Source: an uncultured Clostridia bacterium (GTDB lineage Bacteria; Bacillota; Clostridia; TANB77; CAG-508). Taken from it: 58,887 nt of DNA. Shown piece by piece: positions 20,386-29,629 of the stretch. A program made the position numbers and the translations under genes. Positions within the stretch are counted from its first letter, which is position 1; every line of letters begins with the position of its first letter. The notes under the pieces are model-generated. The model was not told the origin of the DNA. It saw only the letters and a list, made by a program, of their open reading frames with translations, and did not search any database. The DNA lies in assembly GCA_944390525.1 (NCBI GenBank), contig CALXQH010000027.1:1-58887 (forward strand), written 5' to 3'.

Positions 20386-20682
20386 AATTTTTCCTCCTTA
20401 AATGGATTGATATTTTTATAAACTCACTACAATATTATTATACCACAAAATCAGCAAAAAGTACAGTGTTTTTGCTGATTTTGTGTCATTTTTATACATT
20501 TTTTATTTTTCTATATATTTAATATTTTTAATTAAAATAATTACTAATCTGTTCTAATTTTTTTTAATCCCACTTGTATGAATATTTCATATGCAATTAC
20601 AGATTAGCTTCTATAGCTGCACAAGTTCTTGCAATATTTCCTGTGTATTTTGTGATATTTCAGGTTCGTTTAATTTCATGTT

Positions 20683-21420
20683 TTAAACTTCCCTTAGTTT
20701 TACTACTAGTCTTTGTTTTCCGTGATTAGTACAAGTTATTAAAGTAAGTTCTCTTCTGCCATTTGTTAACTGACTAGTACATCTAGTGTCCGTTGGTTCT
20801 ACAACAAATTTATCATATACTTGATATGTAACTGTATTTCCAGACATGTCTGTTAATTCTGCTTTATCTCCATTTTTTAATTTATGTAATTTTCCAAACA
20901 TTTTTCCACTTTCATAATAATGTCCTACTATACAATAGTTTCCTATTTCATTTGGTTTTAAATTTTCTGGCCAATATTTATTTAAAGAAACATATAATAA
21001 TTCTGGAGAAGTAGTTGAAAGAACAGGGTATTCAATGTTAATTGCTGGTATTTTAAGTACTGCTTCTGTTGTATATTCTACTCCATCTTCTGATACATAA
21101 GTTTGAGTTTCTTGTTGCTCTTCTTGTTGCGTTTGAGCTTCTTGCTGTGCTTCTTCTTCTTGTCCTATATCTAGTATAACTACTATAGGAGCATTATCTT
21201 CTGGCTCTTTAATAGTTGTATCTTTATTGTATTTTAAACTAGCTAATATTTGTTGTGATACTTGTTCACTTTTATTTCTATCATATTCTGCATAAATATA
21301 ATAAGAAAATAAAAGGCATATTAAAAATACAGACAAAAAGAACTCTAGTTTATACATAAGTTTTTTTCTCTTCATTTCAGGTGTTATATATAATTTTTCA
21401 GTTACTAATATTTGGTTCAT
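20683..21420 (-). CDS. sortase family transpeptidase
   Basis: N-terminal TM anchor, Gln/Glu-rich linker, a catalytic His context (CIVGH) and the TLITC motif. Confidence 0.8.
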   Translation of the reverse strand: MNQILVTEKLYITPEMKRKKLMYKLEFFLSVFLICLLFSYYIYAEYDRNKSEQVSQQILASLKYNKDTTIKEPEDNAPIVVILDIGQEEEAQQEAQTQQEEQQETQTYVSEDGVEYTTEAVLKIPAINIEYPVLSTTSPELLYVSLNKYWPENLKPNEIGNYCIVGHYYESGKMFGKLHKLKNGDKAELTDMSGNTVTYQVYDKFVVEPTDTRCTSQLTNGRRELTLITCTNHGKQRLVVKLREV

Positions 21421-21564
21421 CTAAATTTACACCTTTCCCATTTTATAATCTAAAACTATTATATCATTTATTTTTATATTTTGGAATAGGTTTTTAATTA
21501 AAAATATAAAAATTATATTTTATAAAATATTGATTTATTTAAAATAATTTGTTATAATTCATAG

Positions 21565-21802
21565 CATAATAATATAGGCGTTTGATAAGAGATTAATAGT
21601 AAGTAATTTTTATATAGAGAGACTATGTTTGGTGTAAATAGTTTAAAATAGCTTATGAATCTACTCTTAAAAGCTTTTTATGAAAATAAAACCGTGTAAT
21701 GCTCGGTTATCTGCATTTTATTAAGATATTTATTATATATAAATAAATTAAGGTGGTACCGTGAGAAATTATACTCGCCCTTATTATAGGGTGAGTTTTT
21801 TG
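21565..21802 (+). promoter_or_regulatory. T-box leader (Ser specifier UCU) controlling serS
   Basis: TTGATT-17-TATAAT promoter (21530-21558), AGAGA box, specifier loop GAA-UCU-A (21660-21662), T-box AAUUAAGGUGGUACCGUGAG, and the terminator ctcgccct...agggtgag plus a U-run. Confidence 0.85.
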
Positions 21803-21833
21803 GTTTTTTATTGTATCAAGAAAGGAAAATATT

Positions 21834-23123
21834 ATGATAGACATTAAATTTTTAAGAGAACATCCTGATTTAGTAAAAGAAAACATTAAAAGAAAATTTC
21901 AAGATTACAAGTTAATTTTAGTTGATGAAGTACTTGAATTAGATATTAAAAACCGTGAAGCTAAATTAAATGGTGATGAATTAAGAAGTAAAAGAAATTC
22001 TTTAAGTAGCCAAATTGGTAATCTAATGAAACAAGGAAAAAAAGATGAAGCAGAAAGTATAAAAATTCAAGTTCAAGAAATTAATAATCAGCTAGTAGAA
22101 AATGAAAAATTAGAAGAAGAGTATTTTATGCAAATTCAAGAAAGAATGATGAAAATTCCTAATATTATACATCCTTCTGTTCCTATTGGAGAAGATGATA
22201 GCAAAAATGTTGAAATTCAAAAATTTGGAGAACCAATTGTACCTAATTACTCAATTCCATATCATACAGATATTATGGAATCTTTAGAAGGTATTGATTT
22301 AGAATCTGCTCGTAGAGTTGCTGGTAATGGTTTCTATTATTTAATGGGAGATATAGCAAGACTTCATTCAGCAGTTATTTCTTATGCTAGAGATTTTATG
22401 ATTAACAAAGGCTTTACTTATTGTATTCCACCTTATATGATTCGTAGTAATGTAGTAACAGGTGTTATGAGTTTTGATGAAATGGATGCTATGATGTATA
22501 AGATTGAAGGTGAAGATTTATATTTAATTGGTACTAGTGAGCATTCTATGATTGGCAAGTTTAAAGAACAACTTCTTTTAAAAGATAAATTACCTTATAC
22601 TATGACTTCTTATTCTCCTTGTTTTAGAAAAGAAAAAGGTGCGCATGGTATTGAAGAACGTGGTGTTTACCGTATTCATCAATTTGAGAAACAAGAAATG
22701 ATAGTTGTTTGTGAACCTGAAGATAGTTGGAATTGGTATGATAAGCTATGGTCATATACCGTTGAATTTTTTAGAAGTATGGATATTCCAGTTCGTACTT
22801 TAGAATGTTGTAGCGGTGATTTGGCTGATTTAAAAGCAAAAAGTTGTGATGTAGAGGCTTGGAGTCCTAGACAACAAAAATATTTTGAAGTTGGAAGCTG
22901 TTCTAATTTAACAGATGCACAAGCTAGACGTTTAGGTATTAGAATTAAAGGTGAAAAACAAAATTATTATGCTCATACTTTAAATAATACTGTTGTTGCT
23001 CCACCACGTATGCTAATTGCTCTTCTTGAAAATAATTATAAAGAAGATGGAAGTGTTACTATTCCAGAAGTTTTATGGCCATATATCGGTGGAACTAAAA
23101 TTTTAAAACCTTCTAAGCATTAA
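21834..23123 (+). CDS. serS: serine--tRNA ligase
   Basis: 429 aa with an N-terminal coiled-coil arm and class II core motifs, sitting downstream of the Ser T-box. Confidence 0.95.
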   Translation: MIDIKFLREHPDLVKENIKRKFQDYKLILVDEVLELDIKNREAKLNGDELRSKRNSLSSQIGNLMKQGKKDEAESIKIQVQEINNQLVENEKLEEEYFMQIQERMMKIPNIIHPSVPIGEDDSKNVEIQKFGEPIVPNYSIPYHTDIMESLEGIDLESARRVAGNGFYYLMGDIARLHSAVISYARDFMINKGFTYCIPPYMIRSNVVTGVMSFDEMDAMMYKIEGEDLYLIGTSEHSMIGKFKEQLLLKDKLPYTMTSYSPCFRKEKGAHGIEERGVYRIHQFEKQEMIVVCEPEDSWNWYDKLWSYTVEFFRSMDIPVRTLECCSGDLADLKAKSCDVEAWSPRQQKYFEVGSCSNLTDAQARRLGIRIKGEKQNYYAHTLNNTVVAPPRMLIALLENNYKEDGSVTIPEVLWPYIGGTKILKPSKH

Positions 23124-23143
23124 AATACTAAAAGGAGAATGTA

Positions 23144-23725
23144 ATGTTAGTTAAAAATCCAAAATTAAAAATTTCTGCTGTTAGTCCTAAACAATACCCA
23201 ACAAATAACTTACCCCAAATTGTATTAGTTGGAAAATCAAATGTTGGTAAATCTAGTTTTATTAATACATTAGTTAATCGCAAAAAATTAGCTAGAACTA
23301 GCAGTGAACCTGGTAAAACAAGGCAAATTAATTTTTATGATATTGATAATAAATTTTATTTAGTTGATTTACCTGGTTATGGCTTTAGTAAAATGTCAAA
23401 GATTGAACAAGAAAAAGTTGGTAATTTTATTGAGGAATATTTACAAAAAAGTAAAAATATTTCTTTAATAATATTTTTAATTGACATTAGACATAATCCA
23501 ACAGAAAATGACAAATTAATGTATAATTATATTTTAAAAAACAATTTTCCTTGTATGGTAATTGTAAATAAAGCAGATAAGCTAGCTGTTACTAAAGTTT
23601 TAAATGAAGTAGAAAATTTGCAAAAAATATTAAATCCTTTAAAAGACATTACTTTTCTACCTTGTTCTAGTGAAAGAAAAATTTACACTGATAGAGTTTG
23701 GGAAGAAATAGAAAAATATATATAA
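23144..23725 (+). CDS. engB: ribosome biogenesis GTPase YihA/YsxC
   Basis: G1 motif GKSNVGKSS, DLPGYG, NKADK. Confidence 0.9.
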   Translation: MLVKNPKLKISAVSPKQYPTNNLPQIVLVGKSNVGKSSFINTLVNRKKLARTSSEPGKTRQINFYDIDNKFYLVDLPGYGFSKMSKIEQEKVGNFIEEYLQKSKNISLIIFLIDIRHNPTENDKLMYNYILKNNFPCMVIVNKADKLAVTKVLNEVENLQKILNPLKDITFLPCSSERKIYTDRVWEEIEKYI

Positions 23726-23762
23726 TTTTTTCTAAATCAAAGCTATTTAAAATTTACTTTAA

Positions 23763-23791
23763 TTGACTATTTTTAAATTTTGTTATATAAT
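23763..23791 (+). promoter_or_regulatory. near-consensus sigma-A promoter (TTGACT-17-TATAAT)
   Basis: Read directly. The spacer is exactly 17 nt. Confidence 0.7.
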
Positions 23792-23797
23792 AGTTTT

Positions 23798-24124
23798 AAT
23801 CCCTTTTGGGAATAAATTTTATTGGAGGTTATTCTATGGTTCAACTGCGGAAATTTATCAAGGTAAGTTTTGACAGCCCCCAGAATGCAGAAAAAGCATT
23901 GGAAATGGCTCAGAACAAATTTGCCACTCCCAACAAAATCTCTTCCAGAAATTTTGACCGTGTTGACAAAAACGCTGTCCTTTTTGAAAGGACAGGGAGT
24001 GCAGCAAAAGACTGTTGTGTAAAGCAGTTTTTGCTTTCTCTTCAGGGTGCTCTTCCTGAAAATTGCCACATTAGTTGAGAATATCACTTCAAAAAACAGG
24101 TACTCATATGAGTACCTGTTTTTT
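23798..24124 (+). ncRNA. unidentified roughly 330-nt transcript: candidate structured RNA, or an 80-aa ORF (23836-24078) with foreign codon usage
   Basis: Own promoter and a strong terminator (24091-24125). Locally higher GC. 5' and 3' ends can pair (UAUUCU/AGAAUA, UCAACU/AGUUGA), with internal helices CACUCCC/GGGAGUG, CUGUCC/GGACAG and AAAGCA/UGCUUU. No downstream gene on this strand. Confidence 0.45.
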
Positions 24125-24311
24125 AAATTTTATTTTTACTTTCTTTTTTAGTTATTATTTTTAATGCTTTTTGACGTTCTAACATAATTATATGTCCACA
24201 GCCTAGACACTTCATTTTAAAGTCAACACCAACTCTAGTTAATTCCCATAGTTTACTTCCACAAGGATGTTGTTTTTTTGTTCTTACAATATCGCCTACT
24301 TCATATTCCAT
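24123..24311 (-). CDS. DUF951 family small protein
   Basis: 62 aa, VGDIV..KKQHPCGS..W...R.G.D...KC..CG, the pattern typical of DUF951. Confidence 0.7.
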   Translation of the reverse strand: MEYEVGDIVRTKKQHPCGSKLWELTRVGVDFKMKCLGCGHIIMLERQKALKIITKKESKNKI

Positions 24312-24326
24312 AGGAATTTCCCCTTT

Positions 24327-25979
24327 CTATTTTTCTATTATATTTTTTATTCTTTTTTCTACGCTTTCTTTTCCAATAACTTGCATAATTTCATAAAGAT
24401 CTGGAGTTTGTTGTTTTCCTGTTAAGGCTACTCTTAGTACAGTACTAATGTCTCCAACATGACCTGGCCATTTTTCAGGCTCTTGTTTAAATATTTTTAC
24501 TTCTCTAGCATAGCCTAATTCTTCTGATAAATCTTTTAATTTATTAAACCATGTCTGTTTATCATCATTTATGTCAAAATATTTTTGTAAATATATTGAT
24601 AATATTTTTCTTATCTCTTCCTTGTCATTTATTTTTGCATATTCAAAATTATTATCTTCAGCAAAAAATTTTTCATCATACATATAATAAATTATATTTT
24701 TTATATCAGACCATTTTGCAATATCTTTTCTTGGTTTTGTTGTTCCTCTTTCTATTCCAAATACCTTTAATGAATAGTCTTTATCTTGTAGCATTTCTTC
24801 TAGTTCCTTGTCATAACGTTTTGCCCAGTTTAATGCATTTTCATAGACTTTTTCTTTAGAGTATGTAGATATTACATTTTTAGCTATATCTAACAATTTT
24901 ACCATATCAAAAATTGCTCCACTTACACTCATTTTATTTAATTCAAATTTAAATTCTGATATATCTTTGTCTGGATTTGCTCTTCTCCAAGTTTCAAAAC
25001 TAGAATTAGCAATATTTAATAAATATTGATATACTGCTTCGGCTGGTATTCCTTCTTCATGATAGTAACTTACTGCAGCTTCAGGATCTTTACGTTTACT
25101 AATTTTACGTTTTTTACCATTATCTTCCTTTAATATGGCTGAGGTATGAGCATATTTAGGCACTTGAAATCCTAATGCTTTGAATAATTCTAAATGTAAT
25201 GGTATAGAAGAAAGCCATTCATCTGCACGTATTACGTGTGTAACTCTCATTAAGTGATCATCTACAGCATGTGCAAAGTGATAAGTTGGTAGTCCGTCTG
25301 CTTTAATAATAACTATGTCTTGGTCATTTTCAGGAAATTCTACATTTCCTTTAATAATATCATGATGTCTTATTTTTCTTTCTTCATTTCCCATAGATTT
25401 AAAACGTATAATATAAGGCTCTCCAGATTTAATTTTTTCTGTAGCTTCTTCTACTGTTAAATTGCGGTATTTAGCCCATACGCCATAATATCCAGGTCTT
25501 ATTTTAGCAGCTTCTTGTTTTTTGCGCATTTCTTCTAATTCTTCTGTAGTTGCAAAACAAGGATATGCCTTTCCTTGTTCTATTAAATATTTTGCAAAAG
25601 CTTGATATATATCTTTTCTAGCGCTCTGTTTATATGGACCATATAAGCCTTTTTCTTCTGTTTCATTTATCATACCTTCATCAAATACAATACCAAAATC
25701 TTTAACAGCTTCTACTATTTGTATTACTCCGTTTTCAATTAATCTTTTTTGGTCAGTATCTTCTATTCTTAATATACTAACACCTTTTGTTTGCCTAGCT
25801 ATTGTTGTACAAATAATACTTTGATATAGCCCTCCTATATGAACATATCCTGTAGGGCTTGGTGCAAAACGTACTACCATTGCTCCTTCTGGCAAATTTC
25901 TTTCTGGATATTTTTCTTCATAATAAGAAATTGGTTTTGCATCTGGAAATATTAAATTTGCTAAATCTTTATAATCCAT
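24327..25979 (-). CDS. gltX: glutamate--tRNA ligase (long form)
   Basis: Class I HIGH-like PSPTGYVHIGG and KMSKS-like KISKRK. Confidence 0.9.
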   Translation of the reverse strand: MDYKDLANLIFPDAKPISYYEEKYPERNLPEGAMVVRFAPSPTGYVHIGGLYQSIICTTIARQTKGVSILRIEDTDQKRLIENGVIQIVEAVKDFGIVFDEGMINETEEKGLYGPYKQSARKDIYQAFAKYLIEQGKAYPCFATTEELEEMRKKQEAAKIRPGYYGVWAKYRNLTVEEATEKIKSGEPYIIRFKSMGNEERKIRHHDIIKGNVEFPENDQDIVIIKADGLPTYHFAHAVDDHLMRVTHVIRADEWLSSIPLHLELFKALGFQVPKYAHTSAILKEDNGKKRKISKRKDPEAAVSYYHEEGIPAEAVYQYLLNIANSSFETWRRANPDKDISEFKFELNKMSVSGAIFDMVKLLDIAKNVISTYSKEKVYENALNWAKRYDKELEEMLQDKDYSLKVFGIERGTTKPRKDIAKWSDIKNIIYYMYDEKFFAEDNNFEYAKINDKEEIRKILSIYLQKYFDINDDKQTWFNKLKDLSEELGYAREVKIFKQEPEKWPGHVGDISTVLRVALTGKQQTPDLYEIMQVIGKESVEKRIKNIIEK

Positions 25980-26025
25980 ATTTATATATTCCTTTCAATT
26001 ATCTTTAATAATAATATTTATTTTA

Positions 26026-27894
26026 CTAAACTTCAGTAATTATTGGTAATATCATAGGGTTTCTTTTTGTTTTTTCAAATATATAATCTCTTAAACTATC
26101 TTTTATATTAGACTTTATAGTTGCCCAGTCACGTATATGATTTTCCTCACATTTTCTAACTTCTTCACGTATTACTTTTTTTACGTTTTCCATTAAATTT
26201 TCTGATTCTCTAACATATACAAAACCTCTAGATACAACATCTGGTTCTGATATTATTTCACCAGTACTTGAATCCATTGTCATAACAATAACTATTAATC
26301 CATCTTGTGATAAATGTTGTCTATCACGAAGTACTATATTTCCAACATCTCCTACTCCTAGTCCATCTACTAATACTTTTCCATTAGGAACTGTTGTTGT
26401 AAGCATAGCTTCATTCTCATTTAATTCTAACACTTTACCATTTGTCATCATAAATATATTTTTTTCTTCTATTCCTAGTTTTTTTGCAGTTTCTGCATGT
26501 GCTACAAGTTGTCTATATTCACCATGCACAGGTATAAAATATTTTGGTTTTGCTAATGTTATTATTAATTTTTGTTCTTCTTGACAAGCATGTCCTGATA
26601 CGTGAATATCTTCTAATGAACTATATATTACTTCTGCTCCTATTTTCATAAGGTCATCTATTACTTTTGATACATATTTTTCATTTCCTGGTATTGGTGT
26701 TGCAGATATAATTACCATATCGTTTGGAGTAATAGTTACTTTTTTGTGGTCTCCGTTAGCCATTCTAGTTAAAGCTGACATTGCTTCTCCTTGACTTCCT
26801 GTAGTAATTATTACTAATTGGTCATCACGATAATTTTTTATATTATCTATATCAATAAATATGTTTTCTGCATCTTGAATATAGCCTAATTCTCTTGCAG
26901 CTTCTATCATATTTATCATACTTCTACCACATATTGCAATTTTTCTACCATATTTAACAGAAGAATTTACTATTTGTTGTACTCGATGCACATTTGATGC
27001 AAATGTTGCTACTACTATTCTTTTTGTATTATTTAAAAATAGTCTGTCAAATACTTCTCCTACAGAGCTTTCTGACATAGTAAAGCCCTTTCTTTCACTA
27101 TTAGTACTATCTGAAAGTAAAGCTAAAATGCCATTATTACCTAATTCTGCAATTCTTCCTAAATTTATTACTTTATCATCTATTGGTGTATAGTCAATTT
27201 TAAAATCTCCTGTGTGAAGTATTGTTCCTACAGGTGTGTTTATTGCTAGCATTACAGCATCTGGTATGCTGTGATTACTATTAATAAATTCTATTTGCAT
27301 ATTTTCAAAATTAATTGTTTGCCCTTGCTCTACAGTAATTAGTTTTGTTGTATTTAATAAATTGTGTTCTTCTAACTTATTTTTTATTAAAGAAATAGTT
27401 AATTTAGTAGCATATATAGGAATATTGATTTGTTTTAAAATATATGGAATAGCTCCTATATGATCTTCATGTCCATGTGTAATAATTAGTGCCTTTACTT
27501 TTTCTTGGTTTTTTAGTAAATAGCTAATATCTGGAATTACTAAATCAACACCTAACATATCATCTCCAGGAAATTCTAGTCCGCAGTCTACTAATATTAT
27601 TTCATTTTCATATTCAAAAACTGTAATGTTTTTTCCTATTTCTTGTAGTCCTCCTAAAGGTATTATTTTTAAATTAGATTTTTTAAAATTAAATCTAGTA
27701 ATATTGTTTTTGGTTTCATTTTTTGCATTTCTTGTTTTTCTTACTGTAGTGGTTTGTTTTTTTTCTATTTGGCTTGTCCTTGTATTTCTTTTTGTAGGAT
27801 AACTACTTTTTTCATCTGTATTTTTATTTTGTTCTTTTAGCTTTGCTCTATTGTCTTTTATCTTTTCATCATATTGTTTTGGTTTATTTACCAT
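26026..27894 (-). CDS. rnj: ribonuclease J with a roughly 75-aa basic N-terminal extension
   Basis: The conserved core starts at KIIPLGGLQEIGKN. Has the HGHEDHIG metallo-beta-lactamase motif and beta-CASP region. Confidence 0.9.
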   Translation of the reverse strand: MVNKPKQYDEKIKDNRAKLKEQNKNTDEKSSYPTKRNTRTSQIEKKQTTTVRKTRNAKNETKNNITRFNFKKSNLKIIPLGGLQEIGKNITVFEYENEIILVDCGLEFPGDDMLGVDLVIPDISYLLKNQEKVKALIITHGHEDHIGAIPYILKQINIPIYATKLTISLIKNKLEEHNLLNTTKLITVEQGQTINFENMQIEFINSNHSIPDAVMLAINTPVGTILHTGDFKIDYTPIDDKVINLGRIAELGNNGILALLSDSTNSERKGFTMSESSVGEVFDRLFLNNTKRIVVATFASNVHRVQQIVNSSVKYGRKIAICGRSMINMIEAARELGYIQDAENIFIDIDNIKNYRDDQLVIITTGSQGEAMSALTRMANGDHKKVTITPNDMVIISATPIPGNEKYVSKVIDDLMKIGAEVIYSSLEDIHVSGHACQEEQKLIITLAKPKYFIPVHGEYRQLVAHAETAKKLGIEEKNIFMMTNGKVLELNENEAMLTTTVPNGKVLVDGLGVGDVGNIVLRDRQHLSQDGLIVIVMTMDSSTGEIISEPDVVSRGFVYVRESENLMENVKKVIREEVRKCEENHIRDWATIKSNIKDSLRDYIFEKTKRNPMILPIITEV

Positions 27895-28136
27895 ATAAAT
27901 TTTTCTCTCCTTCTTATTTTATTGTTGTTTAATTTTATTTATTTTTTTATAATCTAATTGCTTAAATAATCTTTATTTTAAGCAATATAAAAACAGATAT
28001 GTTTTTTATTTACGTTCCAAAAAACATATTATTTTTTAAAGTACATTAATCCGATCCAAAATTACTTATAATATTACTTTTATTAATATTCAAAAATAAA
28101 TCTCTTCTTTACCAATTTTGGTAACAACTGTTATGT

Positions 28137-28165
28137 ATTATACTATTTTTTTTTTATTTTGTCAA
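28137..28165 (-). promoter_or_regulatory. consensus sigma-A promoter (TTGACA-17-TATAAT), giving rnj a leader of about 235 nt
   Basis: The reverse complement reads TTGACAaaataaaaaaaaaatagTATAAT. Several hairpins lie between it and the rnj ATG. Confidence 0.6.
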
Positions 28166-28293
28166 ACTTAGTATTAACATGATAGTAGAAATCTATCTGC
28201 TGTAAGGATTAATTTTGTTTTATTTTCATTATTAAATTATATTAATACAGATAATTTTGCAAATGTAGTTAAAAGCAAATTAGCACTAAATGT

Positions 28294-28329
28294 AAAAAAA
28301 CAAATTACCTAAATTGCTTTAGGTAATTT
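28294..28329 (-). terminator. rho-independent terminator of the pilin-like gene
   Basis: aaattacctaaa / tttaggtaattt 12-bp stem plus a U-run on the minus strand. Confidence 0.75.
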
Positions 28330-28391
28330 ATTTTAAGATTTTTTACTAAAAATTATTTAATTTTACAAAAATTTTTCTTTTTTGTTTATTC

Positions 28392-29340
28392 CTACATTTC
28401 TGGTATTATACTATATTGGAAGTTAGTTTTTGGAATTAAAACTATCGGACGAAGCCCGCCATCTGGTGAACACGTAGTCGCTGCTGTCCAAATTGCCGTC
28501 GTCCCCGTCCACGTTGACCACACAGCCGCCGAAGCTGCTGCTAGCAGAGGCTAAACACCAATAACTTCTTGTTATATATTCCGTTATTATATGTTTCTAA
28601 TAACCAATTACCAACAATATTATGGTTATATCCAGTTGAAGTACAAGTTATCTCTATTGTGTTTGTTGTTTCTTCACTTTTGTTATATGAATTCATAAAT
28701 AATTCTAGTGTTGGGCTTCCTATTGCATAAGCTGCATTCCCTTCACTATCTTTATATCCTGCCCATACTGATTGATCCATTAAATATGCTACTGCTTTGC
28801 AGCGTTTGTTGTACTTTCAGATCCACTTAGTTGGGTATACCACTGTTGATTTAAAAATCTTAAGTTTGAATCTATTTCATCTGATCCATTTGTGTATTTG
28901 CCTGATATTTCGTTAGATAAAGTGCAACTAGCCACTGGATTACTTCCATCTGATGTTTTTTCTGATATTAAATATACATAAGTTTCGTCATAATAAAATA
29001 TTCTCCATGTTAAGTCTGTATAATCTTTTGCTACATAGTCCACTTTTTTACCTATGTCTTCTGCAAAAACTTCTGTGCTGTTTGGTTCTTTATTTACTAA
29101 ATCTTCTAATTGCTGATTTAATTCTTCCATTGCTGCTATATCATTTTGCACTGACTGATTTGTTTTTTCTGCTGCTAATTTTGCTCTCGTTATTAACCCA
29201 TTTTCTCCTACTAATGCTGTTATACTTACTGCTGCTAATATTAACAATACTACTATTGTTACTACCAGTGCTATTAAGGTTATTCCTTTTTCTCTCTTTT
29301 TTCTTTTTATTAATGGTTTTTTCTCTTTTAGCTTTTCCAT
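28392..29340 (-). pseudogene. prepilin-type N-terminal domain protein with a C-terminal YWxLAS...GLRP domain. Needs three frame changes as written.
   Basis: N-terminus KGITLIALVVTIVVLLILAAV (class III signal-like). Colinear pieces lie in three frames: ...TTNAAK / AVAYLMDQSVWAGY...NNGIYNK / SYWCLASASSSFGGCVVNVDGDDGNLDSSDYVFTRW / GLRPIVLIPKTNFQYSIIPEM*. Confidence 0.7.
28446..28552 (-). other. GC-rich NNC-codon tract (DGR variable-region-like) inside the pilin-like gene
   Basis: In the coding frame, 19 of 26 consecutive codons (28465-28542) end in C (AGC AGC AGC TTC GGC GGC ... GAC GAC GGC ... GAC AGC AGC GAC TAC ... TTC ACC). Elsewhere in this genome third positions are overwhelmingly A/T. 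Confidence 0.5.
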
Positions 29341-29587
29341 TAATTTGTTCCTCCTTTGTTTTTATTATTTATTTTTTATTTTTTATTTTATTTGTATATA
29401 CTTTACTATTTTATATTATATCATATCACTTCACGTTTTTTCATACTTTTTATATTTTTTATTATTTTTTTCATCAAAAAATCTTTTTAATCTTCCATCA
29501 GCAGTTTCATAAAGATAATGTAATGATAAATCACTAATTGTTATATTTGTCAAATTATCTATAAATTTTAAAAATAACTTTAATAGA

Positions 29588-29622
29588 CAAAAAAGAGCCA
29601 ACAAATTGTTAGCTCTTTTTTT
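29588..29622 (-). terminator. rho-independent terminator after the Spo0A_C gene
   Basis: aagagc...gctctt hairpin with an inner aacaa/ttgtt pairing, followed by a U-run on the minus strand. Confidence 0.65.
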
Positions 29623-29629
29623 GAGATAT

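Noticed and set aside
20611-20679. 22-codon ORF (MKLNEPEISQNTQEILQELVQL) starting 3 nt after the sortase stop
   Set aside because: It is too short, has no LPxTG or other recognisable motif and no clear RBS. It could be a remnant, but I cannot support a call.
23773-24087. 104-aa minus-strand ORF and the 90-aa plus-strand ORF variant (23806..24078) across the candidate RNA locus
   Set aside because: The minus-strand ORF has no RBS or promoter and runs against the only promoter/terminator pair. The 90-aa variant starts upstream of the GGAGG. Only the 80-aa version (23836..24078) has plausible signals, and even that is doubtful.
23798-24124. Identifying the roughly 330-nt RNA as RNase P RNA, tmRNA, SRP RNA or 6S RNA
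   Set aside because: It lacks GAGGAAAGUCC (RNase P), tRNA-like termini and a tag ORF (tmRNA), the GGAAGCAGC helix-8 motif (SRP), and the single long bulged hairpin of 6S. Left unclassified.
28953-29537. Long antisense or shadow ORFs, for example 28953..29537, 12265..12627, 17546..17971, 41457..41903, 37426..37728, 49444..49788
   Set aside because: They are low-complexity Leu/Phe/Ile/Ser-rich translations of the opposite strand of well-supported genes and have no RBS. These are typical AT-rich shadow ORFs.
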